64,000 nt of DNA from Eledone cirrhosa (lineage: Eukaryota), in contig OZ024743.1 of NCBI GenBank assembly GCA_964016885.1, positions 198,276,001 through 198,340,000 of the forward strand, read 5' to 3'. The position numbers were made by a program, and so were the translations under genes. The notes beneath the pieces are model-generated. The model saw only the letters and a list, made by a program, of their open reading frames with translations, was not told the DNA's origin and searched no databases. The stretch's first letter is position 1, and every line of letters starts with the position of its first letter. Shown piece by piece: positions 1 to 13,220 of the stretch.

Positions 1-2660
1 GGCATGCCCAGTCCTCTACGCAACGGGTGTTGATAGCAGATGGATCGTCTGGTCATGGGAGCGCGCCCCTTCCACAAAAAGCGGAAGAGGAGCCGCTCCA
101 TTTTGGTGAGAGTTTGGGGCGGGGCAAGGGACGACGGTGAGGCGGTAGCAGATGACGGATGCGATGTACGCATTCTCCACCTCCGCCTGGCCTTTCAGGG
201 ACAGCTTCCTCTCGGCGCATTTCTGGGAGGCCACCTTGCTCGTCACCTCGTTCCAGTTTTTCTCTATCTGGAGGTCTGGTCCGAACCAGACTCCGAGCAA
301 TTTAACCGGTCCGTCCGTCCAAACGCCCCACGACGCCGTTGGACGGCATGGACTTGCCTCTCCAGGTGCTGAGCTTCAAGCCCACCGACTTTTCCTGGTT
401 TATCTTTGCTCCTGTCAGCGGTTCGTATTCCTTGAGGGCGGTGCCAAGCATCTGGACGTGTCTGGGGCTCGACACCACCGCGGTGACGTCATCGGCGCAA
501 GCCGACTCGGATTTCCCGCATCCTAGTTCGCGTGGGACGTCCCTCATCGCCCCCAGTTTGTGCAGTAACGGCTCGAGAGCCAATACGTACAAGAGGGATG
601 AGAGGGGACAACCCTGGCGGACTGAGCGCATGATGCTGAACGGCTGCGACAGGTGACCGTTCACTCTCACAACTGAGCAGATGTCGCTGCCTCGAGGACC
701 GCCGCTGCCTCGAGGACCGATGGTCGATCCTATCGAATGCTTTGGATTGATCCAAGTTGATCAGGGCTCCACCCGTGCCAGGTTCCTTAACCTCCCTCTC
801 TATGATGTATCGCATGAGGTGGAGGTTGTCGTGTAAGGATCTGTCCGGAATGGCGCATGTCAGCGCCTCTCCCACCAGACCCTTGAAGACAAGCGCTAAC
901 CTCGTTGCTAACACCTTGGCCAAAACCTTGAACTCTGCATTTAGCAGGGTTATGGGCCTGAAATTATTGATAACATCCCCCTTGTTCGGGTCTTTTCTCA
1001 GCAGCGCCACCGCTCCTCGGCTCACAAAACTGGAAATGCTCCCGTTCTGCTGCCAGTTGCAGTAGACGTCTGCCAAGAGGTCACCGAACAAGTCTGGCAT
1101 AAATGCATAAAGCTCGTAGGGCAGACCATACAAACCTGGCGATTTACCCATCGTGCAGTTAGCCATCGCTTCCCGTATTTCACCGGCTGTTATTGGCTTT
1201 TCGCAACACTGTGCTGCGGTCATCCAGAGCCGAGGCAGTCCGTCGAGGCATGCACTGAAGTCCATGCCCCGATCCGGGCCGCCGCTGCTCCCGAACAGTT
1301 CAGTAATGTGCTGCTGAAAAGCTTCACACATCTGCTCGGTTTCGAGCAAGACGCACCCGTTTTGGTCAGACAAAGACCGAATTGTGGCTTTGTTGCCACA
1401 TCGCGCCTCTGCCACTCGGGCCCATTGGACGGCTTTTGTCCCCTCGTGTTTCAGAGCACGCGCTCTAGCTCTGACAACGCAGCCTTCGTGTTTTGCGTTG
1501 AAGAATTGGTCGAGTGCCAATCACGCCGCAAGCACGTCGGTTTCGATGCCTGTCCTAAACGCCTCTTCTAGCTTTCTGACTAGATCTTCCTCTACTCTAT
1601 TTTCCTCTATCACTAGTCCTTTTCTAAACCTAATCGACTCTACTTTAATTGCCCTTTTCAGGGCGAACGACCACCTGTTGTTGACGACCCCTCCCGTCAA
1701 CACCCGCTTAACTAATACGCTAATCCGGTCTCTGTAGGCTTTGCGCGCCAGGAAAGAAGCGTTCAGCTTCCAGTAACCGAGCCTTTATCTATGAAGTCTG
1801 TCTATGTCGATCTCACAGATCACAAATGTGTGGTCTGTGTAGTTGACTATTTTAAATTGTGGACAACTTATACTAGCCTTAGCTAGTTCTCTGCAGAATA
1901 CCCTATCGAGATTCGATCTGGATGACCCGATACGGTTTGTCCATGTCCACATTAGCACATTCGGGTGATCCAGTCGATACCTGTCAGACAGTTCAAAACG
2001 ACTGAGCAGATTGGTGAGGCTCTTGCACCCTCCTCCCCTATCCACTAGCCCCACACAATCCCAGCGTGCATCCAAGATACCGTTCCAGTCGCCCACCAAC
2101 ACTAAAGAGCGGGTGTTCCAAGAAAGGTCTCTAGACGTCTGAAGAAATATGGCCGTCCTGCCCCTGTTGGGGCGTAGACGGCTACTAGCCTGAAAGCATT
2201 GCCTTTGCTGCCGGTCACGTCCAGCACCACTGACTTACCTTCAGGGTCTAAGAAGATGGCTCGTGTGGCGAGATCCAAGCCTCTCCGAAAAAGGACGGCA
2301 ACCACTCCCCCGATCCTGGACGGCTGGGAGATGCGTATACATCGTAGGCGCCGAAGATCGGTACGAAGGCTTGTGCTTCGGAGATTCTGGTCTCACTGAT
2401 GGCCACCACATCTATGTTTAATGATCTGATGTCTTTGAGCAGGCGACCCTGCTTCCAAGATGGCCCCAGGTCACGTGCATTTATACTGCCTATTCTGAGT
2501 ACGGCCATGTTGGATGAGAAACAGGGCAATTGAGAAAGGGTCACTTACCTTGATCGTGTGGTGAAGGGACAGTAGAACCGTCCCTTTGGCTGGTCATGGG
2601 TGTTTCCCATGGGTGTCAGTGTATATCCTCTTGGTAACTGACCCTCTGAAGTCTCCAACT
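1..2660 (-). mobile_element. Decayed Tx1/L1-clade LINE: ORF1 tail plus ORF2 (APE endonuclease and reverse transcriptase), running off the window start
   Basis: Minus-strand frameshifted fragments: MAVLRIGSINAR..DVVAISET (APE start, ATG at 2508), LVGDWNGILD, WTWTN..SNLDRVF, YTDH, GKSPGLYGLPYE, NNFRPITLLNAEFKVLAK, LDQSKAFDRIDH, SVRQGCPLS, CADD (mutated YADD). Many stops and frameshifts. Confidence 0.95.
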
Positions 2661-2934
2661 GCGTTGGGGATTTTTTGTTTTAAAGGTTTGTACTGTTCTA
2701 TTGAGATTTCAATGATGCTTATGTAATTATAATGGAAACAACATCAATAATGATGATAAAAATAAAATATTTTAGTATTGAAGATAATAATAATAGTATT
2801 AGTATTAGTATTAATATTAGTATTAATATTAGTATTAGTATTGTAATGATCAACATTCACAATAACACAACTGCAACAAAGGACGATCAACACGTTGAAG
2901 TCAACAATATTACATTTCAGTCATGTGTTATTTT

Positions 2935-3292
2935 GTGTCTGTGTCTGTGTGTATGTGTGTGTATGTGTGTGTGTGTATGTGTGTCTGTGTCTATGTGTGT
3001 GTATGTGTATGTGTATGTGTGATGTGTGTGTGTGTGTGTCTGTGTGTCTGTGTCTATGTGTGTGTCTGTGTGCATGTCTATGTGTATGTGTGTGTGTGTC
3101 TGTGTGTCTGTGTCTATGTGTATGTGTATGTATGTGTATGTGTGTGTGTGTGTCTGTGTGTCTGTGTCTATGTGTGTGTATATGTGTGTGTCTGTGTGTC
3201 TGTGTTTATGTGTGTGTGTGTACATGTGTGTATGTGTGTGTGTGTGTGAGTGTCTATGTGTCTGTGTCTATGTGTGATACTGTATATGTGTG
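2935..3292. repeat. Compound (TG)n/(TGTC)/(TATG) microsatellite
   Basis: Directly visible; it is the source of the CV/HT-rich pseudo-ORFs. Confidence 0.95.
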
Positions 3293-3414
3293 AGAAGGTG
3301 CAATATAATGTATTTGTAGTACATTAAATAGACTCTTTCATTGCCGCACAACACATATTTGGTTATTTTCTTTGGCAAAATAGTTTAGTTCATATATATA
3401 TATATATATATATC

Positions 3415-3846
3415 TAGGGCGGATAAAATTCCCGAAATCAATGTACGAGTTCTCTCCAGCGATCTCTGTCCCTCATTATCGCTGCCATGTCCTGCGTCTC
3501 CAACAGACCAGTGTCTGTCCTTAGGGCATCAACATACGTTAACCTTGGTCTTCCTCTTCCAGTGTGTCCATGTAGGGGCTCCCACTGGAGCACTGGGTGC
3601 AATGTCAACTCTGGATTTCGGTGAGCATGTCCAGCTAACCTCAGTCTCCTCTGTGTCACTTTTGAGCTGACTTTTGGGAGGCTCCCATACAGCTCTGAGT
3701 TTTTCATCCAGCAGTGTATACTGATTAATGTTCAGAGCCATCCTCAGCTTTCTCGTGTAGCACCCATCCACCATCTGAGTGAGTTTCTTGGTCAGTGTCC
3801 AGCACAGACTCCACTACAGCAATGAAGAGGCGGATTTTCAGGTCTT
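3415..3846 (-). mobile_element. RTE-clade LINE, 5'-truncated 3' fragment (post-RT C-terminal region)
   Basis: DLKIRLFIAVVESVL...DGCYTRKLRMALNI...RRLRLAGH...WEP..GRGRPRLTYVD..MRDRDRWR is the typical RTE ORF C-terminus; flanked by (TA)n on both sides. Confidence 0.88.
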
Positions 3847-3882
<36 letters not shown>

Positions 3883-4124
3883 TATATATATATGTATATA
3901 TATTCAAAATTATACATATATAGTTATATGTCTGTGTGTCAGTATGTGTGACAGTATATTTGTGTGTGTTTGAGTGTGTGTGTGTGTGTGTGTATTTGCT
4001 GTGTCACAACCAACATCAGAGCCATTTTATTTTTGTGTACATAAACTGTAAAATATAAATCCTATACGATATATATAAATATACATGCATACACATTATA
4101 CACTCATACACATATACATACATG

Positions 4125-4207
<83 letters not shown>

Positions 4208-4899
4208 ATGTGTGTGTGTATAGGCATTAGAGGTGCAAATTAATTGCGCCTGCAGGCGATGTGCCAAGATGAGAATTTGATGCGAACACATATCTGCGAA
4301 GCTTCCTATTGCAGGGTCAGGGTGGAACATTAGTCGATCGTTCCTCGAGGTGATCGCAATGAAACATATGTAATATGTAATTAAATTTATATATGAAGCA
4401 ATACTAATTCCTTGTTCCTTTTAATATTATTATACACCCAGCTAATGTTAACAGACTGGGTTATCGGCGGAAACCTTAAAGAAATTTGCTTCAAAATCCT
4501 GAGGAACTGTCTTATCCACCCATGTGCATTTTTTTTTTTTTTTTTACCCTAGTATCAAACAAACCTATACCTCTCATGATAAATTCGATTGCTAGATAAA
4601 ATGGAAAACATGAGAAAATCCATGGTAAGAACTGTATAGGTAATTCGTATAGGTAGTAGACTCAGTACATATTTCATTAATATCTATGCAGATCAATTTA
4701 TGTAATTTTATATTTTATACATCTAATTAGATATGATGTAACAACGGAGTTGTATATTAATATCTAAAAAGAATATATGTTATTTATATTGAAGATAGAT
4801 AAAGATATGGTTGGATATCAACTGGCTCAAATTCGTCTGAAAATACATTCCTCTGATCACACCAGCAATGACGTCGTTATATACGAAACGCCTTTGATC

Positions 4900-4980
4900 G
4901 TAGATGAAGGAATATATTAGGTTAACGCTTGAAATAACAGGAAGAGGGTCTTAACGTTTCAGACGCTAGTCCTTCATCAT
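4900..4980 (-). ncRNA. 5'-truncated minimal hammerhead ribozyme motif (Penelope-type) with downstream tail
   Basis: Minus strand reads (A)TGATGA-A-GGAC-TAGC-GTCT-GAAA-CGT-TA-AGAC. Stem III contains the palindrome AACGTT. The first C of the core and the 5' strand of stem I are replaced by (TA)n. A homologous tail without the core is at about 5335-5392. Confidence 0.55.
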
Positions 4981-4997
4981 ATATATATATATATGAG

Positions 4998-5192
4998 ACC
5001 CGTGTTCAATCATGGGTAACCATAGTTAGTAATATAAGGAACTCAATACATCAGTAGTGTATAAGCATCATGTTTAATATAGAAATTGCTTTTACAGGAC
5101 TAGAATTGCTTCATATAAAAGAAATCATCAGAAAAGCCCTGATGATTTCTTTTGAATGAAACAGTCCTAGTCCTGTAGAAGGCATTTCTATA
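4998..5192. mobile_element. Small fold-back element with a hammerhead-like CTGATGA..GAAA core at the palindrome centre (copy 1)
   Basis: Imperfect palindrome about 5078-5192; CTGATGA at 5139-5145, GAAA at 5158-5161, then CAG..CTG-TA. Homologous to 47490-47652. Flanked by (TA)n. Confidence 0.6.
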
Positions 5193-5201
5193 TTATATAT
5201 G

Positions 5202-5232
<31 letters not shown>

Positions 5233-5504
5233 TCATGTATAATATGGAAATGCCTTCTACACACATATATATATATACGTATATGTGTGTATGTGTGTAA
5301 AAGGTAAACAGAAATAACAACACAATCGGTACAGTATATAGAAGGGATATATTAGTTTAACGCTTTATATAGCAGGAAGAGTGTCTTAACGTATATATCT
5401 ACAGGTGTCTGTGTGTCTGTTATGAAATCTTGGAAAAGTCCCTGTTCTGCAGGGATATAAACGTGTATTAGAATTAGATAAATGCAAATGTAATATTAAT
5501 TTCT

Positions 5505-5935
5505 AATTAATATACAAGGTCAGGAAATTGTGAAGAACGAAAATTGGATTATATCGAACCGTGTACTTTATTTTATCGACCTCGGAAAGATGAGCCTCAA
5601 ATTTAACTTAGGCGGGGTTTGAACTCAAGATGTAATGAGCCAGAACAAATAACGGAAATAGATTTTATTCGAGTCTCTACCAAATCTGCCAGGCTAGCAC
5701 CTAACAAATTTTTTAGTAGAATTTGATGATATTTAGTTAAGCCTAGATACAAAGTCACAGACCTCGTTGGAACAATTGATTATGAATAACATAAAACACT
5801 TTAACTGGTATTTAATTATTGACCCCGGAAGAAGAAATTATTAAGTAGATAAGAATGCGATTTGAACTCATAAAGAGATACAACTAAATAACAGAAGGCA
5901 TTTGCTCCAACTTTCTAACGATTGTGTTAATCCAA
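5505..5935 (-). mobile_element. Two degenerate tandem tRNA-derived SINE copies
   Basis: Contain tttattttatcgacc..gaaagatg and ggtttgaactca (reverse-complement B box), similar to the clear copy at 35755-35937. Confidence 0.65.
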
Positions 5936-6310
5936 AGTTTAATAAGTATTAATTAAACACCCATTCACCGATACACAAACCACCACGCTTATACACACAC
6001 ACACATACACACATAAAGAAGCGCCGACGCTCACACACATACTCACATACACACAGAAAAAGCAACACACGTGCACACATACATACAAACATGTACTCAC
6101 ACAAACACATATACACGAACATTCGTACAAATCACATTGAAAGATACCCAAAAAAACTAACAACTTCAAATAGAGGAACGTAAGAATTATTTCTAAACAC
6201 GTTATTATGAATAGGTATAAAGATGGATTGAATAGTAGTAGATTTTTATTGAAAAATTATGTAGTTTTTATCATTACATATATTTATAAACATATATATA
6301 TATATATATA

Positions 6311-6376
<66 letters not shown>

Positions 6377-6754
6377 TATGTATTTGTATATATAGATACA
6401 TAATTATATATGTATGTGTGAGTGTATATGAGTGTAAATGTGGGTGAGTGTGTGAGTGAAAAGGTTGAGTCAGTGTGACGCATCTATTCCATCTATTCCA
6501 TCAACACCTATTCTGTGTAGGAGTATTCAATATAACATGTGATAAATCATGACCATTGAGCATAAGTCCAGGCAAGAGAATGTAGTTCTGAAATGACGAA
6601 AGACCCACACGCAGTGTCAATTTATTTGTAGCCTTATAACCGAAATGATACACGGTTGAACTTCTCAACAAATCAAACCTACATGACATGCAGGTGTTAA
6701 TTTTCTTGCATTCGTCATATGTGATATTTTATTCATTTATTTTCTATAATATAC

Positions 6755-7400
<646 letters not shown>

Positions 7401-8184
7401 TGATTTGATTCTTCGACTCAATAATCCTTCCATCTTTACTTGCTATTGTGGTCACGCGCGTCTGCAAGTCATGTAAGACGTAGCGAGCTGGCAGGCGCCA
7501 TATCTTGATTTCATATAGAAATACGTTAGCACTGAAAACCAGAGTAATTACGTAAATGATGTATAGAAAGCATCAAGAATTCTGCAACTCATATTCTTTG
7601 AGAAGATGCTAGAAATCATTGAATTGTTTTATATCCACACACAAATATACACGCACATACTAAAACAAGCACAGAGATAAAACACACATGTACTCACGAT
7701 ATATACCGGTTGAACCAAGCCGGTTTCCAGTTTTAGCATCTTGTTTCACCGTACAGTATGACATTTCTTAATTTACCTGTTGATACTCTGTTCCTCTTAA
7801 CAAATTTCTCAATCATACTTGGTGGGGATGTTATCATTTTTTGTGCTTTTTCTATCAACATTCGACGATTTCTTTCAAAATCTTTTAATTTTATTAAACA
7901 ATATTCATATCATTTCTACACATCTGTCTCTAACTTCTTATGTTAAGACAACAAACCAGTGTTAGGCTCAATGCGGTCGCTCGCTTTCCTAAAAATAGTA
8001 ATCAAATGTCACTCAAATTAAGCCCTTGCAATCGTATAGAATAAATAGATAAAGATACTTTAGTTATAGATACATGTTAGTTCTCTACTCGAGGAAAGTA
8101 AACTTGGGAGATAAACGATGATAAAAACGAGATCAAGATCAAAAACTACACCACCAACACCAACAGTATAAATAACATCAATAA

Positions 8185-8375
8185 TGGTTACTGATTTATG
8201 CACACCGTCTAGACTTTTCAGGGAGGGAGAAATCGATTAAATCGATCCTAGTTCGTTACTGGTACTTAATTTTATCGACCCCGTAAGGCTGAAAGGCAAA
8301 ACTAACCTCGGCGATATTTCAACTAAAAACCTAAAGCATGTTGTCCGACGCTCTACCGTTACATCCAATCCTTCG
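8185..8375 (-). mobile_element. tRNA-derived SINE (long form), diverged
   Basis: ctggtacttaattttatcgaccccgtaaggctgaaaggcaaaactaacctcggcg matches the family core. Confidence 0.8.
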
Positions 8376-8590
8376 TCTTAAATAACATCAATAGTAGCAC
8401 CAAATATTAGTGACAATAATTAAATATACATATATTATTGTAATATTTTATATATATAATTGATCTGCGTTCAGGAAGTGAGAAACACAAAACATGCACT
8501 ACAAATGCCTTGTATTTCACAGCAAATCATCTAAATTTATCAGTGTTATATATATATATATATATATATATAGTGAAAAATGGAACGGGA

Positions 8591-8704
<114 letters not shown>

Positions 8705-8714
8705 GCGAGAGAGG

Positions 8715-8911
8715 TAGAACACTGGAAGGTAATATCCGTAGTGGTAGAGCACTTAGTCCATGGGACGAGTTTGGTAGAATTAGTAACACAGCAGTTAGTT
8801 CACCATACCGAGAACAATTGTTTCGCGTTCTGTGGATCTCGTCGACGCTGAAGATCCGCATAAGGTGAAACAATTGTTCTCGGTATGGTGAACTAACTGC
8901 TGTGTTACTAC

Positions 8912-8916
<5 letters not shown>
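8715..8916. mobile_element. Small fold-back element with a hammerhead-like CTGAAGA..GAAA core
   Basis: Perfect 44-bp inverted arms at 8781-8824 and 8867-8910; CTGAAGA at 8848-8854; GAAA-CAATTG-TT (palindromic stem III). Flanked by (GA)n and (TA)n. Confidence 0.6.
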
Positions 8917-8966
<50 letters not shown>

Positions 8967-10658
8967 ATGTATATATATATATATAACCCACAATGGAGTT
9001 ATTGTAAAGAATATACAATTGTATGTTTTAAAGATTACTAAAATTATATGATGACAAATAACTATACTTAGATTATAGGAACAATTTATTTTTTTTTATA
9101 TTAATTTGTATAGGCAGCTTCTTGAAATATAAGTTTTAACAAATGGTTGTTAACAGTTATATGTACATATGGACGCACGCACATTCACGCGCGCGCGCAT
9201 ATATATATATATTCCCCACTATAATAAGCGTTAAACTAATACATATGCATAATTTGTGTGTATGTATATGTGCGTGCTTGCGTACGTATGGGTGTGTGTG
9301 TGTGTGTGTCTGTCTATCCATGGATATTTTAATCATCCTGCCTATCATATGTATTTATAGATCACAGGTCAAAACGTGCTTCCATGTCTCCCTCGATTAT
9401 ACTCTTCTCTGTGTCGTTTTTAACTGTAATCTTTAGCAGGATTTTAGAAACTGGGCTCATTCTTCTAGAGTCAAAGAGAGTCGATCCAGTCGACCCCAGT
9501 ACTCGACTGTTACTTCACACTATCGACCTCGGATTGGTGCAAAGCAAAGATTACCTCAAATAGATATGAACTCAGGATGCGGTTTTCCGACGGCATAGAG
9601 AGGTGCGATTGATCCGCGCATTTCAACACTGGCACGAAGTTTGTCCTAGCCTGACAACACTGGAATAAGTAGATAATGAGATAGCATGCCATGACGGATA
9701 ATAATTATTAATACATCAAGCTTTGATCTCTATTTGAATAATTATCCTTTTGTTTATTGTATCAAGCCTATCAATAATACATATATAAATATAAAATACA
9801 CATCATTTGATATCACATTTTCTAATTACTACAGTATTGTATGGTATGAGAATTATTTGGCTACTATTTCTAACAGGTCAGAAAACCAGGTAGATTATCC
9901 TTGGCTGTCTCTTGATCATTTAGATAATTTGTAGAAACAATGGCAGCTGCATCAGCAGCCACAAACAACTAGATTCCACGCAGTAAGATTGAACGCGAAA
10001 TCACGCGGTTAGGCAGCGAACCCCTTAACATTATATCAATATATTTTCAATGGATTCATGTGACTTAAATGTAATTAGCATTGAATGACTGTTCTGAATG
10101 CAAATTGATGTAACTTTCTCATTTATTTTTCCAGAGTCGATGGGATATATACCAGTAAGATAATACAGTCTTTTAACCACATTACAAATCACTGAGAACA
10201 GAAATATTTGGATATATGACGACGTAATCAACGTATTCTTAGCTGTCTGGTTCAGTATTTTTTATAACCTTCATATATTTGAATATCCATATGTATGTGT
10301 TAAATACGGATTAGCGTTAATATAATAAAAATACATTCGTATATTCCAGAGCTAAAACGGTTTCTTGGCAAAGCTTGCATTCAGTTGCAGAAATTTGCTT
10401 AGCTAATCATAACTCTGTTGCTGCAAAGCACGGAAAGCCTTCCAGCAAAACATCATCCTTTTATCGGTTCTGCAATTCAATCAGCGACTGCCAATTGATG
10501 CATGAATTTAGAGTTAAGGAAATGCACAGTGCATAAATGTTCCAGTATTAATTAGTTATCGTCGTGTAAATTAACATAGCAATGCCATATAGATACATAA
10601 TATTACTACTATACAATCAACGTCTGAATGCTAAAATGCACACCGAATCATACGAATG

Positions 10659-10735
<77 letters not shown>

Positions 10736-10736
10736 G

Positions 10737-10778
<42 letters not shown>

Positions 10779-11337
10779 TGTATACGATTTTGTGTGCCAT
10801 GTAAATGAACATAAACAGAAAATATTAATTTAGACATCACACCCTTATAAATAAAGATAGACACACTCACATACACACACATACATATGTATATTTATAT
10901 ATAAATACATATATCTATACCAGTGAATGCGTGTGTGTGTATGTGATTGTATGTGTGAGTGTGAGTCTGTATTTGGTGTACTGCAAATTTATATAATTAT
11001 TTTCGCATTTACCGCTTGGTTTTATTTTTAAATTGCATATGTATATATGTATGCAAATGAGAGTGTATAACCTGATGGTGTGTTTGGCAATATGTCTGAT
11101 AGTGTGATCATTTTTTCCTTAGACGTTACACATTAAATTCTTGAAAAGATAAAGAAAATAAACACATATTTATCATTTTGTAAATGAGAAGCAAAATCAT
11201 TGTATCGTATTTTTTCTGTATTTGTTGATTTACTATAGCAATTTGAATATATATAAAAGATTGAACATATAAAATTGTGTTACCAAGTCAGAAAATAGCG
11301 TTGAATATGATAAATGTTTGAATCTTCATATATTTGC

Positions 11338-11417
<80 letters not shown>

Positions 11418-11418
11418 A

Positions 11419-11911
11419 TACTATAGAGTAAAGCATGTCCAGAGAATTATTTGATAATATATATACATCATCTCTACTCCCAATCAGCATAATTAACCGC
11501 ACAAAAAATCAATTAGACCAGGCTATAAGAATAAAAGGCATCTTATGAAGAAACAGTAAATAAATACGCTATTGTGGCGTCTTCGCGTGCAACCGCTATA
11601 GAATATTTACCCAACATTTCAACAGCACGTGGAAATTAATTAAATATACGGTCAACCATACATAAATAGGTAAAAATTGATGTTAGAAATGCTTATATAC
11701 ATACCAGGACTAAATCACTAAATCCCGACCCTTTGGTTTCGCTCACTTTTGAGATACCTTATTTAAGGTTCATACTCGAGTTTAGAGCTCATCAGGGGGT
11801 AAACTCACTAGGACATATTATTTTTTTGTGTGGTTAATTATGCTGATTGGGAGTAGAGATGATGTGTATATATTATCAAATAATTCTCTGGACATGCTTT
11901 ACTCTATAGTA
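11419..11911. repeat. About 90-bp inverted repeat pair (11419-11508 and 11822-11911) enclosing a hammerhead ribozyme
   Basis: tactatagagtaaagcatgtccagagaattatttgataat..cacaaaaaa is the near-perfect reverse complement of the right arm. Confidence 0.9.
11722..11800 (-). ncRNA. Type I hammerhead ribozyme
   Basis: Minus strand: ACCCC-CTGATGA-GCTC-(40 nt containing the hairpin ACCTT/AAGGT)-GAGC-GAAA-CC-AAAG-GG-TC-GGGAT. All core nucleotides are present, stems I-III pair (stem I is short), and the cleavage triplet is GUC. Confidence 0.85.
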
Positions 11912-12009
11912 TTTCGCTCTGATTAATTTATTAATTCTCCATTGAGCCACATCGTGAAAAGTTGCAAAAACACATATATACCTGTCACTTGTTTAATTGG
12001 TGTATGTTG

Positions 12010-12109
<100 letters not shown>

Positions 12110-12344
12110 GAATATATATGTATATATACAGTGACATACGACGTGTTCTGGTCATTTTAAATCCCGTGGGGCCTATTCACTTTCCAGGTTTGAACACAGC
12201 CGATTTCTTACAGAGAAGGAGTTGGAGAGGTACAAAGAAAATGTCGATTCTGAGAAGGACATTTAAATCATTAGCTGGGCTTCAAAAACCCACACTCGAT
12301 CGTAGCACCGATAACATTTTTTTTAAAATGTATATATGTATGTA

Positions 12345-12399
<55 letters not shown>

Positions 12400-12496
12400 A
12401 TGCATGTAAATTTATATGTATATATACATTAACATACATATATATATATATATTTATATATATATATATATATATACCTATGTATATGTATATGTG

Positions 12497-12534
<38 letters not shown>

Positions 12535-12591
12535 CGTACAGAAAAAAATTCATACACATATACATACATATACACACACTCACACACACAC

Positions 12592-12674
<83 letters not shown>

Positions 12675-12992
12675 ATGTATGTATATGTGTATGAATTTTT
12701 TTCTCACGAGTCAGTTCTTTCGTTGCTACGGACTCCGGCTGAATTACCGGTCGCTGTCGTCATTTTGCAAAGCCCTTTAAACTGTATGTTATTACTCTGT
12801 GGTCGTATACCTTGTCGAATGCTTGGCTGCATTGCTTTAAGCATTCGTCAGCTTAGCTGAGGCTCTGGTTTCGAATATGCTGTACTTCCGTTTGTATATC
12901 ATTGAATATTTACTCCAGTACCTTGTCGAGTGCTCTAAATCAGATATAAACATATATGTTTGTCGGAATTCCAACAAATTAAATACAACTTC

Positions 12993-13220
<228 letters not shown>

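Noticed and set aside
686-720. 17-bp tandem duplication (CGCTGCCTCGAGGACCG) inside the RT region
   Set aside because: A local slippage or deletion scar in a dead LINE; no functional implication.
40-1737. Plus-strand ORFs overlapping the first LINE (and the equivalent antisense ORFs at 17-20 kb and 45-46 kb)
   Set aside because: Antisense shadows of GC-rich LINE ORF2.
12815-12875. Minus-strand CTGACGA with a CGAATGCTT/AAGCATTCG hairpin
   Set aside because: The hairpin is real, but GAAA is not positioned after stem II, so the hammerhead topology is not satisfied.
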